From a virus (taxonomy: Duplodnaviria; Caudoviricetes), in IMG/VR virus record IMGVR_UViG_2721756095_000004, positions 1 to 64,000 of that record: a stretch of DNA of 64,000 bases. One strand, written 5' to 3'. The position numbers and the translations under genes were made by a program. The notes under the pieces are model-generated. The model was not told the DNA's origin and ran no database searches. It saw only the letters and a list, made by a program, of their open reading frames with translations. Within the stretch, counting starts at the first letter, position 1, and each line of letters opens with the position of its first letter. This document shows, one piece after another, positions 54,541 to 63,635 of this stretch.

Positions 54541-55218
54541 ATGAGCTTTAAATTTGTTGAAGATAAATGTAGGTGTGGATGCGGAACTGCACTTGGATGG
54601 GTGAGTAAATCTACCTATTACCGTCTCATTGGTGGTTACGGGAATGCGGGGTGGATAAAGGGACATCGCGGCAACGGCTCCCTTAATTGCAACTGGAAAG
54701 GCGGGGTAGCTCATCCTGCAAACGGATACAGACTTATCAAGAGACCGGGCCACCCCAATGCAAGAAAGAGCGGGTACATTCTCGAACACAGGGCGGTTGC
54801 ATCCGAGAAACTTGGGAGACCGCTTACCCCAAACGAAATTGTTCATCACGTTAATCATGTGAAGCTGGACAATTCGACAACTAATCTGGAAGTCATAACG
54901 CCGCGCGACCATATAAAAGAACATGACCCAAATCAATTTAAGAGGGTTGAGAAGAAGCCTAAAACATGCATAAGTTGTGGAAAGAAGTTCATAAAACCGA
55001 TAATTGGAAACCATAAACGAGCGAAGTTCTGTTCTATGAAATGCCGCAACAGCAAAGGCAGTACCGCTGTCAGGCGTAAGATTACGCTCGCGGATGAAGC
55101 GGAGATTCTTCGCCTTCGTGGCAACACGCCACGGAAGGAGATCGCCAAACGCTTTGGGCTCACTGAAGGCGGCATAAAAGGTGTGTATAAGCGCAACATC
55201 CATTACATGATCCCCTGA
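54541..55218 (+). CDS. HNH homing endonuclease (opposite strand)
   Basis: CRCGCG, NWKGG, YILEHR.V....LGR.L...E.VHH.N..K.DN...NL, CxxC..FCS.KC, C-terminal HTH. Confidence 0.88.
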   Translation: MSFKFVEDKCRCGCGTALGWVSKSTYYRLIGGYGNAGWIKGHRGNGSLNCNWKGGVAHPANGYRLIKRPGHPNARKSGYILEHRAVASEKLGRPLTPNEIVHHVNHVKLDNSTTNLEVITPRDHIKEHDPNQFKRVEKKPKTCISCGKKFIKPIIGNHKRAKFCSMKCRNSKGSTAVRRKITLADEAEILRLRGNTPRKEIAKRFGLTEGGIKGVYKRNIHYMIP

Positions 55219-55856
55219 TTGCGATAGTGATTAACAAATACTGGAATTGCCGCTCCCCCGCCGCCGCCCCCAGCCTCGTCCGCGCTGAAGTTGTCTATAT
55301 GAAGCTGCTCGGCATTTATGGCGGTGCCGTATGCATTATTAAATGCCCGTATACCTGCTTTTCCTGCGGAAGTAATTCCTGTATCAGTAGCCTCAATCGT
55401 CGCCACGCTATCCACGTATAGCTTAATCGCGCTGCCCGACATATCGAGCTTGAGATTGTATGTATTGCCCGGAGTCAGCGTGGCAGCTACGGCGCTTCCG
55501 AGTTGCGTCGCCGCGCCAGAAACGAACCTATACATTTGCCAGCCGGCGCCGATTGAGTGCCTGGCGTGGTAGAACGTATTTACGGAGGTTGAGGCCCTTC
55601 CTACCACCCCGACGAGATTATTTGTGGCTGTGTAAGACGCTACGTAGATGTCGATTGATACGCTATAGTCGGCTGTCGCCGGGGTAGCGGAGTGGCAATA
55701 GGCAGAACTTGCCGCCCCAACAGGGTCTAGCTGACATCGATTATTCGCAATAAGAACATTATTGGAATAACTCGGATGCCTGCTCCAGTTCGCGCTATAG
55801 ACCTGTAGCGTGTCTCCTGTGGTGCCAGTGAAACTATCTGATGCGAACTGAGCCAT
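55203..55856 (-). CDS. Concanavalin/lectin-like beta-sandwich protein
   Basis: SDSF.G, ADYSV, LYVD......TD..ITSAGKAGI, IDNF. Confidence 0.6.
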   Translation of the reverse strand: MAQFASDSFTGTTGDTLQVYSANWSRHPSYSNNVLIANNRCQLDPVGAASSAYCHSATPATADYSVSIDIYVASYTATNNLVGVVGRASTSVNTFYHARHSIGAGWQMYRFVSGAATQLGSAVAATLTPGNTYNLKLDMSGSAIKLYVDSVATIEATDTGITSAGKAGIRAFNNAYGTAINAEQLHIDNFSADEAGGGGGGAAIPVFVNHYRNQGIM

Positions 55857-56281
55857 TACGCTACATCAAAGTTATTTTCGTCGAACGCTGCTTCAAGTTT
55901 CTGACCTATGCCGCGAATAACATCTCGGTAGCCATCGGAGCCGCTAACGAAATCAGTGTTAATCCCCCGCCTAACAAGAGCTTCGTTCATCCTGGATTTT
56001 GTAACGTTGTTGATCGCGTTGACTTTGCCGTCTAGCGGAAAATCAGGGAGCGCGTCAACACCTTTTGCGTCGATAACCTTTGCATGATTGTCCGTGTTAA
56101 CCAACACCAGCGTCCAAGTATGTAGCGGATGCCCGGTTACAGGATCGGACGGGATGCTGCCTACCCATGACACGCCAAGATCAGCGATGACGGGACGGAA
56201 TGGGCCGGTTGTGGGCGTGGGCGGCACGTCCTGTCCGTCACCGATGATGTCGCAAATGTAGTATTTTTTAGCCATTTTCAT
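55856..56281 (-). CDS. Hypothetical protein
   Basis: GGAGA RBS after terminator; first gene of accessory module. Confidence 0.7.
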   Translation of the reverse strand: MKMAKKYYICDIIGDGQDVPPTPTTGPFRPVIADLGVSWVGSIPSDPVTGHPLHTWTLVLVNTDNHAKVIDAKGVDALPDFPLDGKVNAINNVTKSRMNEALVRRGINTDFVSGSDGYRDVIRGIGQKLEAAFDENNFDVA

Positions 56282-56287
56282 TTCTCC

Positions 56288-56314
56288 ATAAAAAAGCCGC
56301 CCAAATGAGCGGCC
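56288..56314 (-). terminator. Intrinsic terminator
   Basis: GCCGCTCA-TT-TGGGCGGC-TTTTTTA, then GGAGA RBS. Confidence 0.7.
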
Positions 56315-56336
56315 AGTTTCTTTTAAATCAATGTAA

Positions 56337-58376
56337 CTACGCCTGCTTTAATCCATCCATCGTTTCAGCCAGAACAACCCCTGTCACTTTCACATTACCC
56401 GACAGCACAACCTCAACGTTATCCGCCTTGTACCCACCCGGCAGCCTGAAAGCGCGTGTATTTGTCACCTGTTTCGTATGCTTCAACTGACCATCGGCCC
56501 ATAGCTGAAACTGCAAGGAATCTATCGATAAAGGCGGCAAGGCCTCCATCGCATCCCCGCCAATTTCATACTCACCAAGGTACTGGTCAGCCAGCCCGTC
56601 ATTCGTCTCGCCGCTTGTCATCAGCGCTTGATTTGCGGCAATGATTGCGTCCTGCGATGAAGAAGCGCCTGACTGCTCCGCTTCTGTCATATCGAAATCA
56701 GCATCGATCTTTGCCGCGCCATAGTTGATAGGTGGGGCCGTGATGAACTTCTTGCTCTTCCACTCGTAGGATAGTTTCGTCCCTACATCGCCTTCCCAGT
56801 GGTAGATTTTCTTGTCAGCCGCGACGTAGAGCTTCCCGGTCCAAGGGTCAGCCCATATCGCCGTGATTTTCTGATTAACCTTGATGAAAGACGCTGACTC
56901 AGCCTTGTCGATGACAAACATTAGAGAACTGTCGTCAACGGTATACCCGCAGTAATAGCGGTTGTCGGCAGATGCCGCGATGAAGGTATCAGGATTGAGT
57001 TCCGCCCATTCCTTCTGAGTGAATAGGTCTTTGGTCACAATATCCGTACTCACTCCGGCGATCACCAGCCCTTGCGGCGCAGGATAGCCCACGCCGAAGG
57101 CAAAGCTCGCAACACCGCGTTTCGCCATGCACGGCCATGCAACACCCATCTTCTCCATGCCGCCGCCCATCGTCACGGGCTCAACGCCGGTAATGGTGAA
57201 GGGATTGCCTTTCGTCATTCCAACAAGGGTCGTGCCGATGACGCCTATCGCCACAATGTCCTGATCGTAAGTTTGCCGGTAAGCAGTCGGCCAGGCATAG
57301 GGTTTGAATGGTTCCGAGAAGCAAATCTCGTTGCCGAAGAATCCGCAGGCTATGCCGTTCGCCATGATGATGATGCCCTTCATATCTGCAGGCGGCATAA
57401 GCCAAGTCGTTGAGGGCAACACTTCGCCTAATGCGACAGTTTCATCACTGGCTGTATCGTCATACGTCGTGGTAATCGCGGATATGGTTACAACGTAGTG
57501 ATATTCAGTGCCGGAAGAGGTCGTGAGCGTACGGTAGATGCGCTTGTTCATCGACGCGGTATTGTGGGGCGCTTGCCGCATCCACGTGCCGCCGGAGGTA
57601 TAAGTCTGGGTCGTGGATAAAATGATCGTGACTTTATTCGTAGCCGAATCGACGCTCTCAAGCGTGAAGGTTTCGTTTATATCCGTCATGCCAGCTACTG
57701 CGGCGAATGTCAGTGTTTCGCCTTCGCGCAACCCAAATACTGTATCAAGGGTGATCTCAACGTAACCCGCAGAAGGCGTATCCTTGACCGCAGCGGTTAC
57801 AGTTCCAGAGTTCGGAGGCGCAGTATCCAGACCTGTTAATGCCCAGGTCGCGCCCGATTCCTTGCCGGTAGCAAGGGTCGATGCCGGAGAAGGCGCTGAT
57901 TCCTCGCCCCAGGGCGTAACGAAGGTATAAACGTATGCCCTGGTGACATCAGCGCCAGTGCCGCCAGTTGCAGATACAGATGCGGCGGTAACCGGTGGGG
58001 ATACGCCCAGCACGAAACAACCAGAAGGATACGGTCCCACCCCAGCGGTTGCTGTGTCGTAATTCGATACCCTTGGTTCGCCGTCTCCGGTGTAATAGAA
58101 GCGCCGATCGACATTGTCCGCAATAGGCGAGCGCGCAACGTCCACATCCTTATCCCAGGCCAACCACTTCTCGTTACCGTCCTTCTCCATGCGGAACATC
58201 GATTTAATATCATTGTCGATTACCGGAGCAGCGATGAGCAGCGGACCATTGCGCGGACGCAAGTCACCGGACGTGAGGATGCAGTTCGTCGCAATCTGGG
58301 CCTGACTAGGGCCAAGCAACTGCTTCGCCAGTCGGGGGACAAGACCGGAGAAACCGGCAATTCGGAAAGCAGCCAT
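56337..58376 (-). CDS. Tail nozzle/stabilisation protein (tail tubular B-like)
   Basis: F.G..PR N-terminus, YVYT.VT..GEESAPS, FSEP..PYAWP, WKSK.F, FRLP.G. Confidence 0.8.
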   Translation of the reverse strand: MAAFRIAGFSGLVPRLAKQLLGPSQAQIATNCILTSGDLRPRNGPLLIAAPVIDNDIKSMFRMEKDGNEKWLAWDKDVDVARSPIADNVDRRFYYTGDGEPRVSNYDTATAGVGPYPSGCFVLGVSPPVTAASVSATGGTGADVTRAYVYTFVTPWGEESAPSPASTLATGKESGATWALTGLDTAPPNSGTVTAAVKDTPSAGYVEITLDTVFGLREGETLTFAAVAGMTDINETFTLESVDSATNKVTIILSTTQTYTSGGTWMRQAPHNTASMNKRIYRTLTTSSGTEYHYVVTISAITTTYDDTASDETVALGEVLPSTTWLMPPADMKGIIIMANGIACGFFGNEICFSEPFKPYAWPTAYRQTYDQDIVAIGVIGTTLVGMTKGNPFTITGVEPVTMGGGMEKMGVAWPCMAKRGVASFAFGVGYPAPQGLVIAGVSTDIVTKDLFTQKEWAELNPDTFIAASADNRYYCGYTVDDSSLMFVIDKAESASFIKVNQKITAIWADPWTGKLYVAADKKIYHWEGDVGTKLSYEWKSKKFITAPPINYGAAKIDADFDMTEAEQSGASSSQDAIIAANQALMTSGETNDGLADQYLGEYEIGGDAMEALPPLSIDSLQFQLWADGQLKHTKQVTNTRAFRLPGGYKADNVEVVLSGNVKVTGVVLAETMDGLKQA

Positions 58377-58379
58377 CTG

Positions 58380-58490
58380 TTATTTACCTTCCAGCCAGTC
58401 AAAGAACGAAACGATGCTGAACGCAATCACCCCGGCGATCACCGATACGGAAATCAGCCCAGTTAGGATGTCCGAAGTGAAATACTCCAT
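58380..58490 (-). CDS. Small single-TM peptide (36 aa)
   Basis: MEYFTSDILTGLISVSVIAGVIAFSIVSFFDWLEGK; stop 3 bp before next ATG. Confidence 0.4.
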   Translation of the reverse strand: MEYFTSDILTGLISVSVIAGVIAFSIVSFFDWLEGK

Positions 58491-58557
58491 GACTTGATTC
58501 ATTTATCTTATGCCTAATAGATTGTTTAAGCCATTCCGCATAAATAGACGATAGGCA

Positions 58558-58580
58558 ACAAAAAAGCCGCTATTGCGGCC
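58558..58580 (-). terminator. Intrinsic terminator after lysis genes
   Basis: GCCGC-AATA-GCGGC-TTTTTTG. Confidence 0.65.
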
Positions 58581-58642
58581 TATGTCTACCCCTCAACTCA
58601 CTGATTTAAATCGATTGTAGGGCTTCTACGCTTGTCTAGTTT

Positions 58643-58933
58643 TTAAGCAGTTTCGACCGCATAAATCTGTTTGCCAGGTTTCGCCCGGCGATGTCCACCT
58701 TTTAGCCCTAGCGAGCGCAGGTAAGCATAAAAGTGCTTGAACTCGGCCAATGTTGGTCGTTGGCCACACAATCCCATAAACTCATAGACTCCGTTTTCCA
58801 CGTAGACTGTTACGACACAGTTGTAAGGCCCAGGGATTGCATTGGCATCATCATGCACGCGCACCAGTCCGACATTCGGGGTAATCCAGTTAAGCGTTGC
58901 TCGCCCGTTACGGTAGTCGTAGTGGTAGGTCAC
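58643..58933 (-). CDS. Hypothetical protein
   Basis: GTGA overlap with endolysin stop. Confidence 0.55.
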   Translation of the reverse strand: MTYHYDYRNGRATLNWITPNVGLVRVHDDANAIPGPYNCVVTVYVENGVYEFMGLCGQRPTLAEFKHFYAYLRSLGLKGGHRRAKPGKQIYAVETA

Positions 58934-59412
58934 GCCAGCCCCATGTACAACTTGTATTCAGTTTCGCGTCGGATGGTTAGGCCCTTGAGTGGCTTGCCGT
59001 TGAACTTATTCCAGCGCAAGATTTCTTTGCCCGCGCCCTCATAGTCGCCCGAATTAAGCTTGCGAACGAGTGTTGATCCGCAGAAGGCTGACACGCCTAT
59101 GTTGTATGTAAGGCTGACCAGCGCATCATACTCATGCTGATAGAGCGAGACCTTAACGCAGCGCTTCACTCCCGCGGCATAAACATCCTCAACCTCATCC
59201 ATAAGCCTTATAAGGCTGCGAACAGGGTCAGTCTTATCACCCATCTTGACGCCCGCAGTAGTTCCGAAACCAATAGTAGGTACATCACCGGAAACGGGAA
59301 CATACGCTTCCTCCTCATAACCCTCATGCACGGCAAGCCCAACAAGGGTAGATGCCGTCAGTACCAAGGCAGCGATAGCAGAGCGGGCCTGATTTACGGA
59401 TGGCTTAATCAT
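58930..59412 (-). CDS. SAR endolysin (GH24 lysozyme)
   Basis: N-terminal weakly hydrophobic SAR helix; HEG...AY....D.PTIGFG.T; YNIG; GL..RR..E. Confidence 0.92.
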   Translation of the reverse strand: MIKPSVNQARSAIAALVLTASTLVGLAVHEGYEEEAYVPVSGDVPTIGFGTTAGVKMGDKTDPVRSLIRLMDEVEDVYAAGVKRCVKVSLYQHEYDALVSLTYNIGVSAFCGSTLVRKLNSGDYEGAGKEILRWNKFNGKPLKGLTIRRETEYKLYMGLA

Positions 59413-59696
59413 TGCGTTCCTCCATTCTTGGCCGCATCGAGCGCAGCTTTAATCTGTGCCACGGCTATTCCCTGATCGGTAGGCCGCGCAAGAAACGCAC
59501 CGATAGCACCGATCAGATACCCGAGGTACTTCAGCACCGGAGCAGCAAGCTCGAGTGCTTCGGGGGTTATGCCAAAAACGCCGGTCGGCAAAAGATGAAC
59601 TGATTCCGACGCGCTAATGATAAGCGCAGCAATGGCCGCAAGCCTTACGCTCCAGGCCTTGGTCATGATTACTTTCCAGTTCTCGACTAGCTTCAT
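59409..59696 (-). CDS. Putative holin
   Basis: MKLV.NWK.....WSVR; 2 TM; directly upstream of endolysin. Confidence 0.7.
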   Translation of the reverse strand: MKLVENWKVIMTKAWSVRLAAIAALIISASESVHLLPTGVFGITPEALELAAPVLKYLGYLIGAIGAFLARPTDQGIAVAQIKAALDAAKNGGTQ

Positions 59697-59959
59697 TTCT
59701 TGGTTTCCAATTCAATCAATCCTTGTAGGGTGTGCGCGGCCTTCTCGATGTCCTGAAAGCCGCCCTTGCTCTGCTCCCGCGCAAGATAAGCGATGGCCGT
59801 GCCTTTCATGTAACCCCTAAACTCTTCCGGCGTCAGCCAGGCACGCAATACCTCCCACGGCTGAAACGCGCCCATATCCTTGTAATGGCTGCCGCCTATC
59901 TGCACATTTAGCGCCGACTCTTTTTTATTCTCATCGGCAAATTCACTTGGGTATTCCAT
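59693..59959 (-). CDS. DUF3310-like protein
   Basis: QIGG.HY, EEF.G..KG...Y..R...KGG..DIEKA. Confidence 0.82.
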   Translation of the reverse strand: MEYPSEFADENKKESALNVQIGGSHYKDMGAFQPWEVLRAWLTPEEFRGYMKGTAIAYLAREQSKGGFQDIEKAAHTLQGLIELETKK

Positions 59960-60912
59960 CAGCTATATGCCTTTTTTAAGAACGCGAGACTCACGCTCAT
60001 AATGTCGTACCTGCCCGCGTCAACTTCATGCTTCACTATGATTCCCCGCTTATGATCATCGCCCTGCGGCCCAAGATAACTTTCGTCATGTGAGTAACAA
60101 GTCGCGCAAAACAAAGCCGTCTGTTGTGTCTTCTTGTGGATAGCAATATCCATATGCTGAACATGCCCCATCGTTGCAGAGCACTGCCGCTCACGCAGCA
60201 AAGCCGCTGCGGAACTCACCGGCCTGCCCATGACGCCAGACGTGAAGAAGTGAGAATATTCAACGCCGTCCTTCTTGATCACTTTCAGGAACGGGTGAAA
60301 ATTCCAGCCATACTCTTCAATACCCAAATCCAGACGGTCAATCTTCCCGCTGTATTCCGGATTGTTATCGGCAACCCGCGTGATGCGTTGCTCGTGATTG
60401 CCTTCCGTAAACTCCATTTCCGGCCTGTATTGCTCATGCCTGGGCGCGGTTCGGTTGTAGTCATGAATAGGCTTTAGCAGCCGCTCCATCGCATCCCGCC
60501 CCGCTTTCACATCCTTGACATACCGCCGCCCCTCGAATGGCAGCTTGCCTTTGTCGTACATGGACAGGCTCGGCATATCCCAGAAGTCGCCAATGTTGAT
60601 AATTACATCTGGCTTCTTCTCAACGATGTAATTCCCGATCCATTCCCAATGGTCGGTATTCACGCCTTCCTTGACTTGCCCATCAGGGATAACAAGGTGC
60701 ATCTTGCCGATCCGCTGCCTCGAATGGATCCTTGGCGCTTCTTTCCTGAACGTCGGCTGCAATCCTCTGATTCTCGCGGTGGCGACCCGGCTTTCAAGTG
60801 TTCCTTTCGGTATCCCGCATCCTGCTTTTGCTGCTAAAAAAGGACTCCCGTATTCCTCGATCAGATTCAACGCCTGGATCAGCATCGAATCCGGCAGTCT
60901 TGGAGTTGGCAT
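59959..60912 (-). CDS. Calcineurin-like metallophosphoesterase
   Basis: VIPDGQ, IGDFWD, GNHE, SHFF, GHVQH. Confidence 0.85.
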   Translation of the reverse strand: MPTPRLPDSMLIQALNLIEEYGSPFLAAKAGCGIPKGTLESRVATARIRGLQPTFRKEAPRIHSRQRIGKMHLVIPDGQVKEGVNTDHWEWIGNYIVEKKPDVIINIGDFWDMPSLSMYDKGKLPFEGRRYVKDVKAGRDAMERLLKPIHDYNRTAPRHEQYRPEMEFTEGNHEQRITRVADNNPEYSGKIDRLDLGIEEYGWNFHPFLKVIKKDGVEYSHFFTSGVMGRPVSSAAALLRERQCSATMGHVQHMDIAIHKKTQQTALFCATCYSHDESYLGPQGDDHKRGIIVKHEVDAGRYDIMSVSLAFLKKAYS

Positions 60913-61167
60913 TTATTTAACCGGCTCTCTAGTAACGGTGCGCAAATACCAGTTCACAGCGTTGTTCCCGGCGCACACCAGCAACAGGACGATGTAAGCC
61001 CAGCCGGGCACGAGCTCTTTAAGGAACCCGGTAAAGAACTCCACCCCCGCGATGCACGTAGACAGGACTCCCAATATCCCGTTGTACCAAAGCGTCTTGC
61101 TCTTCTTCTTTGGCTTTGATTCGGGGCCCTGATCTTGATATTGATTTTTCTCGGTTCTCGTGGTCAT
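60913..61167 (-). CDS. Holin-like 2-TM protein
   Basis: KSKTLW.N...N..LR..T..PV. Confidence 0.6.
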   Translation of the reverse strand: MTTRTEKNQYQDQGPESKPKKKSKTLWYNGILGVLSTCIAGVEFFTGFLKELVPGWAYIVLLLVCAGNNAVNWYLRTVTREPVK

Positions 61168-61315
61168 CCCCACACTCCTTATTGCAGTACGCGCCAATGG
61201 ACTTTTCGCCGCAGTTCAGACAGTGTCCGTCTTGCTCCGGTACCGGCTTTCTGTGGCGCAATGCCGCATCTCTGTGTATCGCCTCTTGCTGCTCAGCCTT
61301 CTCCGCTTCGTCCAT
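61019..61315 (-). CDS. TraR/DksA-like C4 zinc-finger protein
   Basis: MDE...A...E, CLNCGE.....YC..EC..D. Confidence 0.7.
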   Translation of the reverse strand: MDEAEKAEQQEAIHRDAALRHRKPVPEQDGHCLNCGEKSIGAYCNKECGDDHENREKSISRSGPRIKAKEEEQDALVQRDIGSPVYVHRGGGVLYRVP

Positions 61316-61318
61316 GAT

Positions 61319-61561
61319 TTAGCGCTTCAAACTCAACAGGCAATCAAACTTCAAGTGCACCGACTCCTCTGCGTCGCCGGCATCGATGTCTGCGCACGGC
61401 TTACTCTTTCCGTTACGAATCACGGTTACTTTCTCTTTCGGCTCTTCCCGTGTCGCGCGGACTTCAATCATTGGTGACATCGATGCGAGTTCAGGAATTG
61501 GTGTTTGCGGCGGGACGCTGCAGCCTGCGAGAACACACAGAATGAATAAATATTTCATCAT
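61319..61561 (-). CDS. Small lipoprotein (o-spanin candidate)
   Basis: Lipobox LAGC, Pro-rich; GGAGGAG RBS. Confidence 0.6.
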   Translation of the reverse strand: MMKYLFILCVLAGCSVPPQTPIPELASMSPMIEVRATREEPKEKVTVIRNGKSKPCADIDAGDAEESVHLKFDCLLSLKR

Positions 61562-61845
61562 CTCCTCCCGTGCGGCCACTGCTCAATCAGCCGATCCATT
61601 TTTGAATTGAGTAGTTGCATGGATTCACGCTGCTCAACTCTTGTGGATTTGAGTTCTTCACTCAGCCGTTCATTGGTTCGTTCTTGATACATTTCGCCGC
61701 GCTTTAAACTGGCGATGTCGTTTTGTACGGCGTTATATGTCGCTACACCCGAGGCAAGCAGGCCAGCAACAGCAATAATTCCGCTGAACGACAAAGCGTA
61801 GGTAGACGGCCCTCTTGGACGCGGCTTTTCGTCATCACAGTTCAT
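61558..61845 (-). CDS. TM + coiled-coil protein
   Basis: One TM helix followed by heptads ending K.DRLIE. Confidence 0.6.
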   Translation of the reverse strand: MNCDDEKPRPRGPSTYALSFSGIIAVAGLLASGVATYNAVQNDIASLKRGEMYQERTNERLSEELKSTRVEQRESMQLLNSKMDRLIEQWPHGRR

Positions 61846-61847
61846 GA

Positions 61848-62018
61848 TTAGGAAATGGCCCACAGAAATATGATCATCACTACGGCCGCGCCCAACAGCA
61901 TTACCGCAGTCCACTTCGATGCTTTCAGCCTGTCCAGCAGAGAATCCGCTCCCTTGTCGGCCTCTGCATTCATCTTCTCCGCGTACTCCTTGAGCTTCTG
62001 GCGCTGGAACATCGTCAT
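61848..62018 (-). CDS. Small C-terminally anchored membrane protein
   Basis: GGAGA RBS; C-terminal TM. Confidence 0.55.
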   Translation of the reverse strand: MTMFQRQKLKEYAEKMNAEADKGADSLLDRLKASKWTAVMLLGAAVVMIIFLWAIS

Positions 62019-62028
62019 CTGAATCTCC

Positions 62029-62053
62029 ATAAAAAAAGCCGCTCATTGGCGGC
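62029..62053 (-). terminator. Intrinsic terminator
   Basis: GCCGC-CAATGA-GCGGC-TTTTTTTA, then GGAGA RBS. Confidence 0.7.
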
Positions 62054-62080
62054 AGTAGTTTCGTTACAGTGCTTTGTTTC

Positions 62081-62353
62081 TTAACGGAAATAATAATACC
62101 AAATATCGAATATGAGACAGACCAGGAACCAGAAGAACAAATCAATGCGGCCGATCAGCAGCACGCTCCACTTCTTTTGCTCAAGCTCGCGGATGGTTGC
62201 GACTGCCATCACAAGGATCGTCGCGCCCCATGCCGGTACAGGCTGAGTGAAAGCGATCAGCAGGCATAGGCCGTAGAGCATATGGGCAGCCTGATCCAAA
62301 CATCCTGTCCAGAATGTTTTGACGCGCGGCGGGTTGCAGGTGCAGACGGTCAT
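62081..62353 (-). CDS. Small multi-TM protein
   Basis: DQAAH, E..Q, D..FW motifs in hydrophobic context; ATGA overlap. Confidence 0.55.
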   Translation of the reverse strand: MTVCTCNPPRVKTFWTGCLDQAAHMLYGLCLLIAFTQPVPAWGATILVMAVATIRELEQKKWSVLLIGRIDLFFWFLVCLIFDIWYYYFR

Positions 62354-62736
62354 AATGCGTGTTTCGGCAATTGATCGACGGTGAGGGAGTAAGGGTTGCT
62401 CCGGTCCAGATTGTGAGAGTAAGGATTTAGTGGGGTGCGGCACTCAACCGGCAGTCGCAACAACTGTTGTGTCTGCTCACCCTGTTTCACCATTTCATTC
62501 CGGAACGATTCGGTGGCCGCAACCCCTTTGCGCGACTCATTGGCTGTGTTGATCATGAGCATTGGCATCCAGGCAATGGCGCAGGCAAAACTATCGGTTT
62601 CCTGCCCGGTGTTGTTGTCCACGCCACGAATTTGCACGTACCATGGGCAGCGATGCAACTCCTGCTCCCCATCCTTATTGACCTTGACCTCTTCGCACTT
62701 TGCCCCAAGTGGGCACTCCGCTTCTTTTACTTTCAT
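62350..62736 (-). CDS. Cys-rich protein following the tail fibre
   Basis: CPL..KC...CPW...G......D...CAIAW.P.L. Confidence 0.7.
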   Translation of the reverse strand: MKVKEAECPLGAKCEEVKVNKDGEQELHRCPWYVQIRGVDNNTGQETDSFACAIAWMPMLMINTANESRKGVAATESFRNEMVKQGEQTQQLLRLPVECRTPLNPYSHNLDRSNPYSLTVDQLPKHAL

Positions 62737-63632
62737 TAGTTTTTGCTCGCTATGATCATGTCAATGTATTGCACAGCCATGCTAATGGACGTGCCGGTGA
62801 ATGTGTGGGTGTGGGAGCCGCCTCCTCCGGCGCTGTCGCTCGTAACCACCGCGCTAGACCCGTCGGAATTTCCTTTTCCTGGACTGCTTCCACCCCCGCT
62901 TAATCCGTAATGAGTGGTTGTGTGCGTATGCGCTGGTATCTGCGCTATAGTCAACGTAGTGCCCCCAACCGTGCCGGATACAGGGCGTACTCCGAACGTA
63001 TCGGTAAAGGTGTTGGTTCCGCCCGACCCTCCACCTGCCCCACTTACAATTCTTAGCGCCTTGTTGTTATGTGTTGTTACCTGCGTCCACCCGGTGGGCG
63101 CGGCGGCTTGGAAAAAAAACATAACCGTGCCCGTAGGTATAATCTCAGCGCTTGTAGCCACGCCCAACGTTGCCCGCATTGCTGCCGCGTCCGCATCGTC
63201 CAGAAGAGCGCGCGCAGCGGCCGTCAAATCAGCTACAGAAGCAGTCCCCGATCCAGTAAAGTAAGGTAATTTGTCAGCGGCAGAAGCGAGTCCGCCTAAA
63301 GCAATCAGATTCGCATTCGACAGCGATTCTTCCAACGCGATATTGCAGAGCCCGGCAACGAAATAATCCCCCGCACTCCACGTTCGCGCAGTCGTTCCAT
63401 CCAGCCCGCGCCCACCTACGGCAATGGTCATTGCATCGGTCGAACGAGCCTCAATCTTCACTACCTCACGGTTACCGGAAGCGTCTTTGAAGATTCCGTA
63501 GAAGTAGTCTCCGGCGGCTAAGCTAGGAAAGAGCAGACCTTTGCCGGCTTCGACTGTGAAACTTAGACCGGTTGTGCCGCTGGGTGCTGAGCCTACGATT
63601 GCTTTACCGAAATTGGAAAACTTAAGTCCCAT
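62736..63632 (-). CDS. Tail fibre protein with collar-like domain
   Basis: E.VK...[39 protein letters not shown]. Confidence 0.85.
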   Translation of the reverse strand: MGLKFSNFGKAIVGSAPSGTTGLSFTVEAGKGLLFPSLAAGDYFYGIFKDASGNREVVKIEARSTDAMTIAVGGRGLDGTTARTWSAGDYFVAGLCNIALEESLSNANLIALGGLASAADKLPYFTGSGTASVADLTAAARALLDDADAAAMRATLGVATSAEIIPTGTVMFFFQAAAPTGWTQVTTHNNKALRIVSGAGGGSGGTNTFTDTFGVRPVSGTVGGTTLTIAQIPAHTHTTTHYGLSGGGSSPGKGNSDGSSAVVTSDSAGGGGSHTHTFTGTSISMAVQYIDMIIASKN

Positions 63633-63635
63633 GTA

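Noticed and set aside
52456-55218. Group I introns hosting the endonucleases
   Set aside because: Flanking genes have their own starts and stops and overlap the endonuclease ORFs, leaving no room for a ribozyme core
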